From Hemiscyllium ocellatum (Eukaryota), in the NCBI RefSeq assembly GCF_020745735.1, contig NC_083410.1:95938080-96002079 (forward strand): a DNA stretch of 64,000 bases, given 5' to 3'. Of this stretch, positions 37,464 to 50,977 are shown piece by piece (the first letter of the stretch is position 1; every line of letters begins with the position of its first letter). The notes under the pieces were generated by a model. That model was not told where the DNA came from. It saw only the letters and a list, made by a program, of their open reading frames with translations, and made no database searches. Made by a program: the position numbers and the translations under genes.

Positions 37464-39231
37464 CACATGCCTTCTCCCCCTATTAGGTGCTATTTTCTCA
37501 ACTCTCAAAAGGAGACTGTCTGCAACTTTCCTGGAGGTGTGTCATGAATGACCAAGGTGCAGTTTGTTCGCGGTTGGTCAACTTTTCCATCAAACCGGAT
37601 CACACTTTGAGTCAACCGATCTCAGTGATGAGGCAGAATGGTAGGGGGGTGGGGGGGGGGAGGTGAGGAAACACTGCACTCCAGATCCTGTGAGCTCACC
37701 CTGTCCCATGTGCCCAAGCAGCTGCAGGTCAGGATTCAAGACCCCAAAGTAAACATCGCTTTCAAATATACCAGTGAGCCACTACTGCCGAACTGTCTCA
37801 GCAGCAGAGTTTTGTTAGTTGTTCGGTCTTTGAAGCAGTCCGTCAAAATGACAACAGCTCATAAATTATGAATCGGTCAGACAACAGATTGTGAAAGAAG
37901 CTTAACTTTCTTGTTACACATGTCAATCGAAGTCAAAACATTAACTAAGAATAAAGTGTGTTCTACATTATTCTGCCTGATGACTGTGACCAATGAACAG
38001 TTTATTTATTCAGGAGTAAATGAACTGTAAAGATCAAAGCTGCGGATTATGTTAAACAGAAACAAAAATGATCAGAAACACGATACTTTGAGCTGGAACA
38101 GAAAATAAAGTGAGTCTGAAGCTGACAGGAGTGCTGATCGCCAAGTGGCCCACCCATGTTCTAGCGCAGTGATAAAGTGAGCAGATATGTGTGATCACTG
38201 CTCAGCGCAACTGAATTGTTGTACACACTAGGGCCAAATCTGCACTGGCTACAGTCCCAGACGTCACACCCTTAGCTGCGGGCACAACTTGTACCTGGCA
38301 GGTTTCACAATATCGGTAAATCTGGCGTCTCTCTCTACTTGGCCTTGCAGGTATTTGGGCCACGCAAACCTTCGCTCTCCTTCCACCCACCCACCCCCAC
38401 AACAACCCATGCCCAAATCCCCACAACAACAAACCAGACATCAGCAGCCAACCGGACCATGTTTGGCTACTCTCTCAGATCCTGCTACGCTGTTTCAATG
38501 CTCCCACTGATGCCCTTATCGATACTTAAGCCTTAATCAGCATCATCAAACGAGACGATGTCATTTAGCTCAGTGATGTTTGTGGGATTTTGCTCCGCAC
38601 AAACCATGGGGAGCAAGGAATCTTGGGAAAAGTACTGCATGCAGGTGAGCCATTTGGGATATCGTGGGTGTGTTGGATCTTTGCAAATGCAAATCATTTC
38701 TCTCCCACCTTTGCATCACAGCCCAACAAAATGTTTTTCTCCTCGGATTAGAGTTGGATCCTCTTTAGTATGTCATGAATGGACCCTCATTCACCAGAGT
38801 GTATTTCCAGATTCTAAACTGACGTACAAGGCAATTGGCCTGAAAGGGTTAATCGAGCGATAGTTGTATGGCCCCGCCCACTGATAAATTAGTGACAACC
38901 TCTGGAGCGGCCTAGTTGGTCTGTAGCCTGCTTCACTCTGCATTTAGAGATATTTTCTCATCAACCTGTTGAGAGTTGGAGCAGGTGGGATTCAAACTCA
39001 TGCCTCCTGCCTCAGAGATAGGGAGACCAGCACCACACTACAACAGCCCTATTAATCGACAGTTAGGCTATTGTCAGCAGCTTGGGCCTAGCTGTTATCT
39101 TTTGTGAGCTACTGTATTACGTACTGTGAAATGTAGTTATATGGTGTTACTCTACTGTAACATGTCTCCTCATTATTCTCCAATGTACATATTACCCAAG
39201 AAAGTTCCACTTTTGCTGAGACTTCCACGTG

Positions 39232-39491
39232 ATCATTACTTTCTAAGCCTTACCCCTGAAATAATTCCAAGGAGGCAGTTATTCTATAACCAAGTTACTC
39301 TTTGTTTACTCACGAACAGTCTTTGCCTACAGTACTGCTGCCTGATAGAGAGGCAGGCAACAGAGGGTCAGTAACTTTGACATCCAATCCTTTTATGTCA
39401 GCCAGGGCTCCCTTATTGGATCAGGTTAGCCCCAATCAGGGAACATATATTCTCTGATGTCCAGCTGGCTGACCTTGTTATAATCACTACA
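39232..39491 (-). mobile_element. Short Gypsy-type solo LTR
   Basis: Starts TGTAGTGATTATAACAAGG on the - strand; homolog at 45870-46160. Confidence 0.6.
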
Positions 39492-39892
39492 ATCCCAGCA
39501 CTAGAAATGGCATCGTTGGCACTTTTCTACCCATGATCTATCAATATCATTAAACGATTTACCCACTTTACAGCAAGGTGCCAGCTATGGACATCTCTTC
39601 TGCCAATGACCTGAATTTGTTGGTCCTCTGATTCTTGACCCTCCTGCTAATAGGACACAGTTTCTTTCTATTTACTTGGCTCTGACCCCCTTGTGATTCT
39701 GACCACCTTGGTCAAGTCACCTCTTAACCTATTCTGATGTTTTCTTTCCATTTAATACTTCATTCCTAAAACCTACAATGCTGGACTTTTTACTTCTCTA
39801 TTTTTCTGAGAATATTAACTAAATAAGCTCAACCTAAGAACGTTTATACCGCAGATGGCACCATAAGTGGTGACCTGTACACTTTTGAGTAG

Positions 39893-40109
39893 CCGTGATG
39901 TGGAGGGACCAATGTCGGACTGGGGTGGACAAAGTTAAATATCACACAACAACAAGTTATAGTCCAACAGGTTTATTTGGAAGTATTAACTTTCAGAAAG
40001 CTGCCTCTTCATCAGATCGCAGCTACATGACAAAAGAGCAGTGCTCTGAAAGTTCGTGATTCCAAATAAACCTGTTGGACTATAACCTGGTGTTGTGTGA
40101 TTTTTAATG
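39893..40109. mobile_element. PLE family B palindromic insertion
   Basis: Inverted arms with decayed hammerheads; TSD tttgagtag at 39884-39892 and 40110-40118. Confidence 0.85.
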
Positions 40110-40124
40110 TTTGAGTAGATGTGA

Positions 40125-40432
40125 ATCATAGAATCCCTACAGCATGGAAACAGGCCCTTTGGCCCAACAAGACCACACTGACCCTATTACTCTCCATTTC
40201 CCCTGACTAATGCACCTAACCTACACATCCCTGGACACTATGGGCAATTTAGTGTGGTCAATTCACCTAACCTGCACATCTTTAGACTGTGGGAGGAAAC
40301 CGGAGCATCCAAAGGAAGCCCACGCAGTCATGGGGACAATGTACAAACACACACAGTCGCCCGAGGCTGGAATTGAACCTCGGTCCCTGCACTGTGAGGC
40401 AGCAGTGCGAACCACTGTGCCACCATATGTGG
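40125..40432 (-). mobile_element. HE1/V-type SINE
   Basis: Family match. Confidence 0.9.
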
Positions 40433-41389
40433 CAATACAGCTAATTCTAACTCGAACTCTCCTCCTAGGGGAATTGCTTCGGCTTCTCCAATTGGCTGTC
40501 GTGTTTTTCTCAATTATACCTCAAAAGTCTTTCATCAGCAGATGACCAGAGGTCAGGGACAGTCACTATATAAATGCACACAAATCTATTGTGTTATAAT
40601 AATTTCCCTTGTCTTAATGGATGCGTTGACCTCCAAATTCATGTGTGCTCCCACTGAAGACAACTTCCACTGCAGGGATTCTCTGTCCTTCACCCAACTC
40701 CTTCAACCAAGCAGGCCGTGACTGGGCAGACAATTATCCTGCCCCAACGCATCCACCAGCAAAGCTCAGGGACTGAAGCGTTTTATGTGTACAGTTCCAG
40801 CTGCCAACCCACAAAAAGGATATAGCAGTATTGGAAAAGGGACCAGAAACGTTGACAAAGAATGGAGCAGAGAAAGCTACCAAGAAAGGCTGGAACTTTA
40901 CCACTGGAAAAACGAAGGCCAAAGAGTAATCTGATTAAAGTTATGGATGGGTTTCATAGGGCAGACAACGATGCACTATCTGCACTTGGGGTATTTCAGA
41001 ACTCAGCAACATAGATAATAAGAGAGTCACTGATAAATCCAACAGGGAATTCAGGAGAAATGTCTTAGCAAAGAGTGATTTGAATGCGGAGTGATGTTCT
41101 CACTCAATGGAACATAGCCTAGAATCATTTAAGGAACAACTAGACACATATGTGGGGAACAAAGGACTAGAAGGATGAGCAGGATGAGCCTTGTGTGGAT
41201 CATGAACGTCAGCACAGTTTGCTGAGCAATCTGTTTCTGTGCTGTGAAGTGTAATGTCAGTTTGATCAACCTGATTTGACCATATTTCGACCGACCTCTG
41301 GGGATAGGTATGATTTGAACCTGGACTTTCTGGCCAGAGATAGGGGCACTACCTCTGTACTGCGAAAGCCCTTTGCAACTGTGTGCTCT

Positions 41390-41770
41390 TTGTTATTCAT
41401 TCAAGGTATTGCTGGTAAGGCTAGTTTCACCTCTTGTTGCCTGGAGGAGGTGATGGTGAACTACCTTCTTAAACCACTGCAGGCCAACACCCACTGTCAG
41501 ATAGGGAGATCTAGGGTCCTGACCTTGTAACCCTGGGAGAGCATTAATATATTCACAAGCTAGAGATGGTGTGTTTGACTTGGAGGGGAAGTGGAAGGTG
41601 GTGATGTCACAATATGGCTGCTGCCTTTGTTCTTCTAGGTCAGAGGTCACAAGACACCAGGATATAGTCCAACAGGTTTATTTGAAACCACCAGCTTTTG
41701 GAGTGCTGCCCCTTCTTCAGGTGAAGAGACCCTTCTGGTGGTAGAGATCACAGGTTTGTGAGGTGCCTTC
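41390..41770 (-). mobile_element. L2-like 3' end with a PLE family B insert (~41650-41725)
   Basis: Homolog of 8560-8820. Confidence 0.6.
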
Positions 41771-42637
41771 AGCAATATCCAGCAGCAACTGACTAGCAAA
41801 GGAATAGAGAATGAAAGGTGACATTTTCCCAGCTTCTCATAAAGTCAGCATGAAGTCAATGAAATAAAAGCACAGAATGCTGGAGAAACTCAGCAGGTCT
41901 GGCAGTATCTGTGGAGAGAGTTAATGCTTCGAGTCCAATAGAGCTCTTCTTCAGTTTAATGAAATCTCAATTCTGGAGAAGAGTCATATTCAACTTGAAG
42001 TATTCATTCTGTTTTACTCTCCACAGAAACTACTGGACTTTGGGAGTATTTAAGTACTTGCAAACTTTTGTTTCAGATTTCCAGCGTAGAATCATAGAAT
42101 CCGTGCGGTGCAGAAAGAGCCCATTTGGCCCATTGAGCCTGTACCAACCAACTGAAGAGCATAACTGTTAGCCGGATGCCATGCAAAGAAGTCTCGGAGA
42201 CCGAAGGAAGATTAAATGGTTTGTCAGTAACTGAGGATCATCTGAGTCCAGATTTGGAAAACAATAATCGCTTGATTTCAAAACACTAATATCCCTGCTA
42301 GTTATTGGTAATGGCTTTACATGTAAGTGTTAGCTTGGATGATGAGGAGATGGACATTCTGAACGGTGAAGGGGCATCTGCAGAGGTTGTGACTGAACTG
42401 GAGGTTATTTCCTTCCTGTCAAAGGGTCACTGGACTCAAAACATTGGCTCTGCTTTTCTCTCTGCAGACCTGCTGAGTTCCTCCAGCATTTTGTTTGCAT
42501 TTCAGATTTCCAGCATCCGTGTTTTCATTCTAACATGGAATCCTCACTTTCCCACTATCCAGGAAAGTACTAGTTGTGATTTCGCAACTCAAAGAGCTGA
42601 GCTCAGAGAGTTTGAGAAGAGATAGAGTTTATCTTAC

Positions 42638-42660
42638 CTCTCTCTCTCTCTCTCTCTCTC
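42638..42660. repeat. (CT)n microsatellite
   Basis: Direct inspection. Confidence 0.95.
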
Positions 42661-42994
42661 CCCCCAGGCAGGGCATGCTTGCAGAAATTGTGAGTTTGAA
42701 ATAGTCAAAAAAATTTTATCATCCTCAGGAAACATTGATCAACGACTTGATCATTGAGTTCAAGGTCGCTCCTTGTCAAAAGATAAATTGCATTATGTTT
42801 GATGCTGTTAGTGCATGGTAAGAATTAAATTACATGGTGGTCTGTTTAGTCGTGAATTTCATGGTAAATTAACAAGTTGGCTGGTATGCATGCATTTGTC
42901 CTCGTCTCTGAAGAGTACTCATTATCCCCCCCTTCTGGAACATAAGGGAAATGCCAGTGAAGTAATGGTATGGAATACAGTTCATACAAGAGAA

Positions 42995-43530
42995 ACCAAT
43001 CTTGCATTTCTGTTGCTTTCCGTGACGGCTGAATATCTCAAAGTGCTTTCCAGCCAACGTATACCTTTCAAAGTGTAACCCTTGCTGTAACGTAGGAAAC
43101 ATTGCAGCCAATTTGTGCCAAAAACTCCCAGAAGCAACAGCGTAAATGAGCAGATCATGTATTTCTTCTGCTTTGACGTCTCTACACACTAACATTCGTA
43201 TTCAGAGTACTTTTTTTTAACGTTATGAATTTGGCTAGCAACGTAACAGTGAGCAGAGAGTCAACTTTTTGTTTTGTGTGATGTCGATCAGGGAACAGAT
43301 GTTAGCCGCAATGTCAGGGTTAACTCTGCCAAGGAGAAAGCGAGGACTGCAGATGCTGGAGATCAGAGCTGAAAAGAAGGGCTCATGCCCGAAACGTCGA
43401 TTCTCCTGCTCCTTGGATGCTGCCTGACCAGCTGCGCTTTTCCAGCAACACATTTTCAGCTCTTAACTCTGCCAACTCTTGGAAACAGTAATATGAGGGC
43501 TCTTTTATGTCCATCCAAGAGGGCGTTGTT
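42995..43530 (-). mobile_element. DeuSINE/AmnSINE-like relic
   Basis: The - strand reads aattggctgcaatgtttcctacgttacagcaa...cactttgaaag...gcactttgagatattcag, resembling the Deu-SINE 3' region. Confidence 0.65.
43333..43462. mobile_element. PLE family A inverted short insertion
   Basis: Perfect 13-bp TSD ttaactctgccaa at 43320-43332 and 43463-43475. Confidence 0.93.
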
Positions 43531-44939
43531 TCAGAATTTCATCTGGGGACCGACTGCACTGGCAAGGCAGCCCTGCCCACCCTCAGGACTGCTCTGGACG
43601 GGCTATCAAGACGCCTGCTGATTTGCAAATCCCTCTCCTTCACCAGCCTTCCCACCCCCAAACTCCATGACATCTCTGCGAATGAACCTCCTGTTCCTTG
43701 CAGCCGTGGGGCAGGAGTGAGTAAGCAGCAAGGGAATGAGACTTAGGGTGGGGATTGGGGGGGAGTCAGAGGCTCAGGGCTATGAGGAAAGAGAGTGACT
43801 GCGAATCAGAGGTTGAAGGAGAGGGAGATGGACCAATGGAGCTGGAGAATGAGGGGACAAAGGAGAGGAATGGATGGGAGTTGAAGAGTGAGGAATGGCA
43901 ATTGGGAGTGAGGAGTTTGGTTCATGGTGTGAAGGGGTGAGAGATAGATTGGGGAAGGGGGCAGATATGGGGACTAGCATTCCCAACAAATCTAGGAGTA
44001 ACTTAAAGAAGTTGAATGAGGGCAGCACTGAGAGAGGAAGAGCCAGCACAGGAGAGAGTGAAAGCTGGGGACCTTACTTAGTTTCCACTGATAAGAGAAT
44101 GACAAGCCAGACAATGGAGACCAATTGGAATGAGAAACAGAAGATTCTTGACCTGTATGGAAGTAGAGGCTAGAACATCACTGAAAGGCACTGGGATAAC
44201 TATCTGAACAGGAGAGATATGAAAGTTCCTGGAGATGTGAGGCTTCAGCTGAAAGCACCAACACCACCAAATGGCCTGGAAGTTCAACCATTTCCATGGA
44301 ATCTTACCTTAATAAAACTGAGCATGAGGAATGGTTTAGAAATAAAAACAGCAAGTGCTGGAGAAACTCAGCAGGTCTGACAGTGAGAGAGAAAGTTAAT
44401 GTTCCAAGGCCTAGATGACTCTACTTTGGAATGTTTCTTCAGGTTTCTGAAGCAGAGGCATATTGGAATCATACCTACAGCCACTGAAGTAATTTTGATG
44501 CTGCAGTCCCTGTGGTAATGAAGGCAGTGCCTGGTGAACGATTTGTGCACAGCACGATCCCACAAACTAAATAATCAGATAATCTAGCTTTGTTGGCTTT
44601 GGTGAGGTATGCTTTTCATTTTTAAACATGAGAGGTCATTTATTTCTCCAAATAAAAAAGAATTATTACAATTTTCTGATTGTCATACTTCCATTGATGA
44701 GAGAGTTTGTTCTGTGGGATTTTTTGTTAGCTCTTAGTAGATCAGATCTAGCCAATCACATCAAGCCTAAGGTAGTTTAACAGCTATTACTTACTTATTC
44801 AAGAAGTTGCCAAGCTTCTTAATCAAGTTCTGAAGAGCAGAAAATTCCAGGAACATGAAGTAATTTCTTCAAGGTTAATTAACTCCAACAGGATTCTGAG
44901 AGACTGCTTTCCAGATCTCCAGGATTTTAAGGAAAGTAA

Positions 44940-45405
44940 CACAGAAACAGAAACTAGGTGCAGGAGTAGACCATTCGGCCCTACGAGTCTGCTCCACCAA
45001 TCAGTAGGATCATGCTGATCATCCACATCAGTGCTGCCTTCCCCCTGTACCCTTTAATCCCTTTATCCTTAAGAGCAATATCTAACTCCTTCTTGAAAAC
45101 ATTCAATGTTTTGGCCTCTACCTCTTCCTGTGGCAGAGCATTCCACAGGCTCCCCACTGAAGCTGTTCACCCTGAAGGTGGTGGGAATCTGGAACTCTCT
45201 GAAAGGATGGTACAGCCTTCATTTAAGAGATATTTAAAACCTACATTTAAGAAGTATTTAGATGTGCACTTCCGATGCCAAGCCAGACAAGGCTGTGGGT
45301 CCATTGCGGGAAAGTGGGATTAGAATAGTGAGGCGGTTGTTGGTGACCAGCACAGATTTGATGGGAAGAAGGGCCTTTTTCTGTGCTGTAGACTGTTATG
45401 AGTCT
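44940..45405. mobile_element. Two CR1 3' ends back to back (- then +)
   Basis: Typical CR1 3' sequences. Confidence 0.7.
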
Positions 45406-45869
45406 TTGGATGAAGAAATTGAAAATACATGACCCCTCCAGCCTAAAGTTTCTGGATCAGTGTGTACGACCCAGGACTGCAGCCATGACAGGGTATATCC
45501 TTGTTCTCCTGCTTGGCTCTACTCACCTCCCCCCCCCCCCTCCAACCCATCAACAACATCGTCCCAAATAAACACACAAAGTACTGGAAATGCTCAGCAG
45601 GCCAGACAACGATTACAGAGAAAGAGAGAAAAGCGGACTCTCTGTTCTGGAAGAAGGTCTTTAATTGGAACTGGAAGATGCTAGAGGGAAATAGATGTGC
45701 TCAGAGTCAACTCTGGTTAGAGATAGTCCTGGAGGTATTATCACATGACTTCCTGCCTCCCCTTCCTCCCACAATGCACCACTTCCGCATTTCTCCTTTT
45801 GGTTGTTAACCTGTACATGTTGGTAAAGTGCCATCTTCCCACTGTAGTTCAGTGAACATCAATCAAAAA

Positions 45870-46160
45870 TCCCTCGTCACCACGTCCCCAAAATTTTTAT
45901 ATCCAATAAACAAAATCCTTAGGAGAGGAAAGAACTCTGCAAAGGCCAGTATCCCATCACCAATCAGCCTTTATTCACAAATGCATAGCCTTTGACAGTA
46001 GCACAGTCTCTCACTGAGTCAGGCACTCAGGGGGTCAATGTCCCTGCCATTCAGACTTTTATATCAGCTAGAGCTCCCTGATTGGACCAGATTAACCGGC
46101 CCACTCAGGGAACCCATATCCTATGACATCCAGCTTGGTAATCTTGTTACAATCACAACA
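45870..46160 (-). mobile_element. Short Gypsy-type solo LTR
   Basis: Homolog of 39232-39491 (ctggtccaatcagggagc core). Confidence 0.55.
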
Positions 46161-49002
46161 ATCAAAGCAAAACACACAATTGTCCCCTTTTTATCCCATG
46201 TCTTGGTCACCTGGTGCCCTGTAGATTGGTCTGGAATTTCGGACCAATTTCAGCAGTTCCGGAGGGTTCCGAGGGAGAAGGATTGGGAGGGCAGGAGTGG
46301 AGTCACCTGCAATTCTCAGTGAGAAGATCAAGAAAGGTTTGGAGCTAGAGGGAGGGTTCCGGGTGGATTGGGAATCCTAAAATCGGGAGAAGTGAGAGGG
46401 GCAGGGGGTCTGCATGTGGGGTGTGGGTCCTCATACCATGTATGGGGACACAGTAGCTTCCCCAGGGGCATCTCCATTGGGTGGGAGTGTGAGAGGCGGG
46501 TAAATACATGGGGGCCATCTGGCCTAATCCACACAGAGACAGATTTTCGATCCATCCGGCTTCTTATTTTCCCAGTTTCCTGATGGCAGTCAGTCTCTCT
46601 CTCTCTCTCGCATGTGGCATTGTGAATCCTACCACTCGGCACATGTAGCCAGTTGAGACGAGATCTAACTGAGATGTTTGCATGATTTAAATAAGGTACA
46701 GACAGAGAAATAATCGCTTCTGAGGGGGCATTCAGAATAAGGGTGTGATGGCATAAGCATTAGACCCGTCCAGGGAGAAATTAGGAAGGATTTTTTCTAC
46801 ACAAAAGATAGCAACAATCCTCAAATGTTGGGGATCAGTTGCAACACTCAAGATTGAAGTGAATGTATTATTGTTGGGTAGAGTTCTCAAGGAGAGCAAA
46901 TGGATTTGAGGCACAGATCAGCCATGATCTATTGAGCAGAATAGGTTTGAGGAGCTGAATAGCTTCCTCTGCACCAATACCTCTTGTTAAATTTCCATAT
47001 CTGAGGTAAAAATGGGCTGGAATTGAAGGTAAATCATTTCCCTTTCACCTTCTCGAGTATCATCAACTCTGGGCTTCCAAACGGGTGGGAGCTTCTAATC
47101 TAATCACACCTTGGGATGTGATACAACGAGCACAAAGGCTGCAGTTCAGCTGGAGCACTTTGCTCACCTGTATCGTAACAACGCTTAGTTCTGGCCAAAA
47201 TCGCCTCTCGGCTTGGTTTGAGCGTATGACGATCCTTACCAAATCGCTGGAGTTTTCACTCATTTCTCAGGCAAGAATCTTCCCAGTCCCGGAGTGATGG
47301 GGGCTACGGAGAGAAGTGAGGGAGAATCAGGTGAGAATCCAGTGAGGCCTTTCACAATATTTGAGCAACAGGCTTTTCCAGCTAAATTCCAGATCTCAAA
47401 ACAAGATTCTTACTCCTGAGCGGCAAGAGGCCTATTACTCACTACCACTGTCATTACTAGCTAATCTTAATATTCAGTCTTCTATTCTATCACCTGTTGG
47501 GCAGAAGCGAGACGTGAGAATTCCCAACATGGACGTCGGAGTGGGTACTTGGCGAGCCCAGGCCCTGCTTACTCCCCCAGACCTCTATCTTGGACACCCA
47601 GCACCAATGTCTTGGGACATACGCTATGGGCATTGCTGCACACAGCCCACCTCATGTACACTGAAATCTGACACAGTCCAACATCTCTGACCATCACAAC
47701 CCAGCTCCCATCCTCAGGGCTGCACTGTAATGCTGCACTTGGGAAGTCGCAAACACCAAGTTGAGTGTTGGACAGGTTGCACACTAGGGACAGGTTCCCA
47801 CCTCAAGGATTGGACCAGGATGTATCTCAGGGCAGTTTTGGTGCCTACCGGGATGTAAGCAGCAAACTCTGTGTTATGGCTGAATTCTACCCTTCATTTC
47901 CTCTTAGACCAGGTGACACTCAGGTTTCTTTTTATAAGCTTACTCATGCATGCATGGAAGAAATATGCATCAAGAAAATGGCACACAATTCCTATCTTCA
48001 TCAGAACAGCTCAGGTTTTATACAGCTCTTACTGATAAGATGCTTCCACTTCACTGTTACAAATTCCAATTAAAGCCTTGCACACTTTTTAACCTTTGTC
48101 TTCGTCCAAACCAACTCCACGTTCCAAAACAATCATGACTATATTATCCATACATGTTCAAACTCATACACACATGACTGGATTACCCAATCATAGTAGA
48201 ACTAATATACATGATTGTACTATCCAACCATATCGTGACATGGTCATACTTCACACTATTAATATGGACTTGTTACAGGATACTAAAGTGGCTTGTTTGT
48301 CCCCGTCCCATCATTCCCTCCTATTGCCTGTACTGCCTGGTTCCCCTTTCACTTGCTTTGCCTCCTCCAACCCCCCAATTCCTACCTCAGCCAGAGCTAA
48401 CAGACGCAAAGTACTCCTGTCTTACCTTGCCTTTTAGCATTGACCCAAAGCAATGATCAGCCAAGAGGGTGAACGTGTTGCTGTATGGCCCCACACTATG
48501 TCAATCTCGTACCTGCGTCCATGGCAACAGCTGTTGAAGCTAGTGCACTGCATGTGCGTCAATTGAATGGCCATGTCTTAAAGTCGAAGGGTTGTAGTCT
48601 CCAGTCAAGTCAAGAGAAGCAGGTTGCAGCCAGGAATTCTGGGCTCGGTCAGTAAAGGACCACGTCCAATATCCGTCCAGGGACTTGGACACAGCTAGTC
48701 ACCCACTCAGGGCAGATCCTCTCTTTATATGAGGTAATGAATAAAACCCCATGACCCGTCCTGACCCTTTCTGCCCTGTTGTAGACTGGAATGATGGAGT
48801 GGGGAGGATGGAGTGAGATGAAGGTTGTCAATGCTGGCGAAAATAGGGGAAAGATGGTGAGGGGTCCTGCGTGTGTAGCGTAGACAGCACAGAGGCTAAG
48901 CAATGTTGATGGTGTGGGGATGTTAGCTGGGCAAGGGAAGGTATTGTATGTCATAGCGAGAGTGATAGAGCATGAGCCTTGGTGGGAGGTGAGTGCAGTC
49001 AC

Positions 49003-49027
<25 letters not shown>
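49003..49027. repeat. (GA)n microsatellite
   Basis: Direct inspection. Confidence 0.95.
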
Positions 49028-49034
<7 letters not shown>

Positions 49035-49132
49035 GCCAGTGGAGTGGCGAAGGACATTGACCTTCATCCTCCGCTGGGCAATCCCCTGGACAGCTGAGAT
49101 CTCACTGACACAGGTGACAACATTGGGCCATA

Positions 49133-49410
49133 GGGCGGCATGGTGGCCCAGTGGTTAGCACTGTTACCTCACTTCACCGGGGTTCGATTCGCCTGTGTGG
49201 AGTTTGCCCATTCTCCCAATGTCTGCGTGGGTTTCCTCCAGGTGTACCGGTTTCTGCCCACAGTACAAAGATGTGAAAGTTATAGTGCATTAGTCTGAGG
49301 TAAGTGTAGAGTAGTAGGGGAATGGGTCTGGTGGGGATTTACTCTTCAGAGGGTCAGTGTAGACTTGTTGGGCTGAAGGGCCTGATCCACACTGTAGGGA
49401 TTCTATGATT
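49133..49410 (+). mobile_element. HE1/V-type SINE
   Basis: A box tggcccagtgg, B box ggttcgattc. Confidence 0.9.
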
Positions 49411-50409
49411 CCTAGGTAAAGCCTGGTGTCATCACTGCCGCTGCTAACCTGGGAGGTGATGGGCTGGGAGAAGATGTCCACCCCATTCCCTGGGACCTCT
49501 AGGTCCCTTTCTGCATAGTGAACTGTCAATATTCCTTTATCTGCTGTATCTGAGTCAAATATCATGAAATGTGCTGCCCAGCTGTGATCTACTAGCACTT
49601 GACTGAGTGCCTTTTAAAGATGGCATTGGGAACTGGGACCAGACCGGGTAAGGAGGCTACATTTTCTTCCCTCAAGAATATCAGTGAAACAGATTGGGAT
49701 TTTACACCAATCGGTGTTGACTTCATGGTCGCCATCATAGAGACTAGTTTCAATTCCAGGCATATCACAGCAGCAGTACTTTCAGCTACAGTGAGTGAGA
49801 GAGTTGGGCAGGAATTCGATGTGAAGGGAGCCAATGGGATGTGGTATGCTAATGACATGAGTTTGGGATGTGAGGAAACCTCTCTGAGCCTCACAGACAG
49901 AAACCCTCCACAACATTTTCTCTAAATATGGTGAGATTCAGTCTTTGGTTACTCCCCTGCCTGCAGTTTTCTGCCTTGTGGATCGAAGTCACATTTAGCG
50001 CAGAGCAGAAGGGAGTATTGAGAGAGAGAATGTTTAACAGGAAGGCCAATCAGAAACATCTATCTCCACCCCCAATCTTCTAATCTTACAAAAGATTGTG
50101 ACCTCGTGGTGATGTCTCATACCTTGGAGACATAGTTTCAAATCCCACCATGGCAGCTGGTTCAAGTTCACTTCAATAAAAATTTGGAATTGAAACTATT
50201 CTCTATGGGAGCGGCCATGAATTCAATGCTGATTGGTGTAAAATTCTATCCGTTTCATGTGGCTGGCTGCCCTAAGAAATGACTTTGCCGGCCAAGGGCA
50301 ATGAGATTTAGACACCAAATACCGACCCTACCAGACAAGCCCACATCCCTGGAAAGAATAAATGAAGCAAACACAAGTCTGTGACCCTCACACATAATGG
50401 AGGATTCTT

Positions 50410-50660
50410 CTCCAGCAAGGAGAGAGGGCCACACTGTCAGGGGAACTGCCTATCAGATGTAACATTAAACAAAGGGCTTTTGTACCCTTGAGGGAGGGAT
50501 CAGAAAGAATTCTGAGGCACCACTCCCAAAGAGCTGGGTGGTTCTCCCCATTCTCCTGGACAATACGTTTGCCTCAAATAATGCCAACAAATAGGGCATC
50601 CAGTCATTATCACGGTGCTGTTAATGTTATCTTGCTGTGCAAGAATCATAAAATTTTTTA
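50410..50660 (+). mobile_element. DeuSINE-like relic
   Basis: cactgtcagggg...cagatgtaacattaaac...gttctcccc...gtcattatcac...cttgctgtgc resembles the Deu domain. Confidence 0.6.
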
Positions 50661-50977
50661 TTACCTTATGATGATGATTCTATGAAGTATTTTATTGTCA
50701 GTAAAATTAGGTCATCAAATGGAGATCTTTCTCCCTGCCCTTCACTAGATCTTGAGAAACCTTCCTGTTTTCTCACTGAGTTCAGGTATGTTATTTTAAC
50801 AATTAACTCTGTAGGCCTGCCTCAGAGCTTGTAATGTGCTCTTTCTATGTTACCTAATAAAGATCCTCAAGTGCTTCATTAAATCCAGGTTCAGAAATTG
50901 CACAAGAGGAACTAACTTTGTCTCCTTGAAGTGGCTTAAGCAGTTTGACTGTTACCTTTCTCCTCTCACATTGCCAG

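Larger units (their letters stand above)
33500..37600 (+). mobile_element. Old RTE-clade LINE relic with several nested insertions
   Basis: VFKKEDKSSSGNY (~34110-34150), INLGKVFDSI (~35519-35548), IKQGNALATTLF (~35828-35863) and WMGHM (~37351-37365), in RT order. Confidence 0.7.

Noticed and set aside
39700-40556. Possible estrogen response elements (TGACC..GGTCA at ~39700 and ~40543)
   Set aside because: Everted orientation and wrong spacing; no canonical GGTCAnnnTGACC was spotted by eye.
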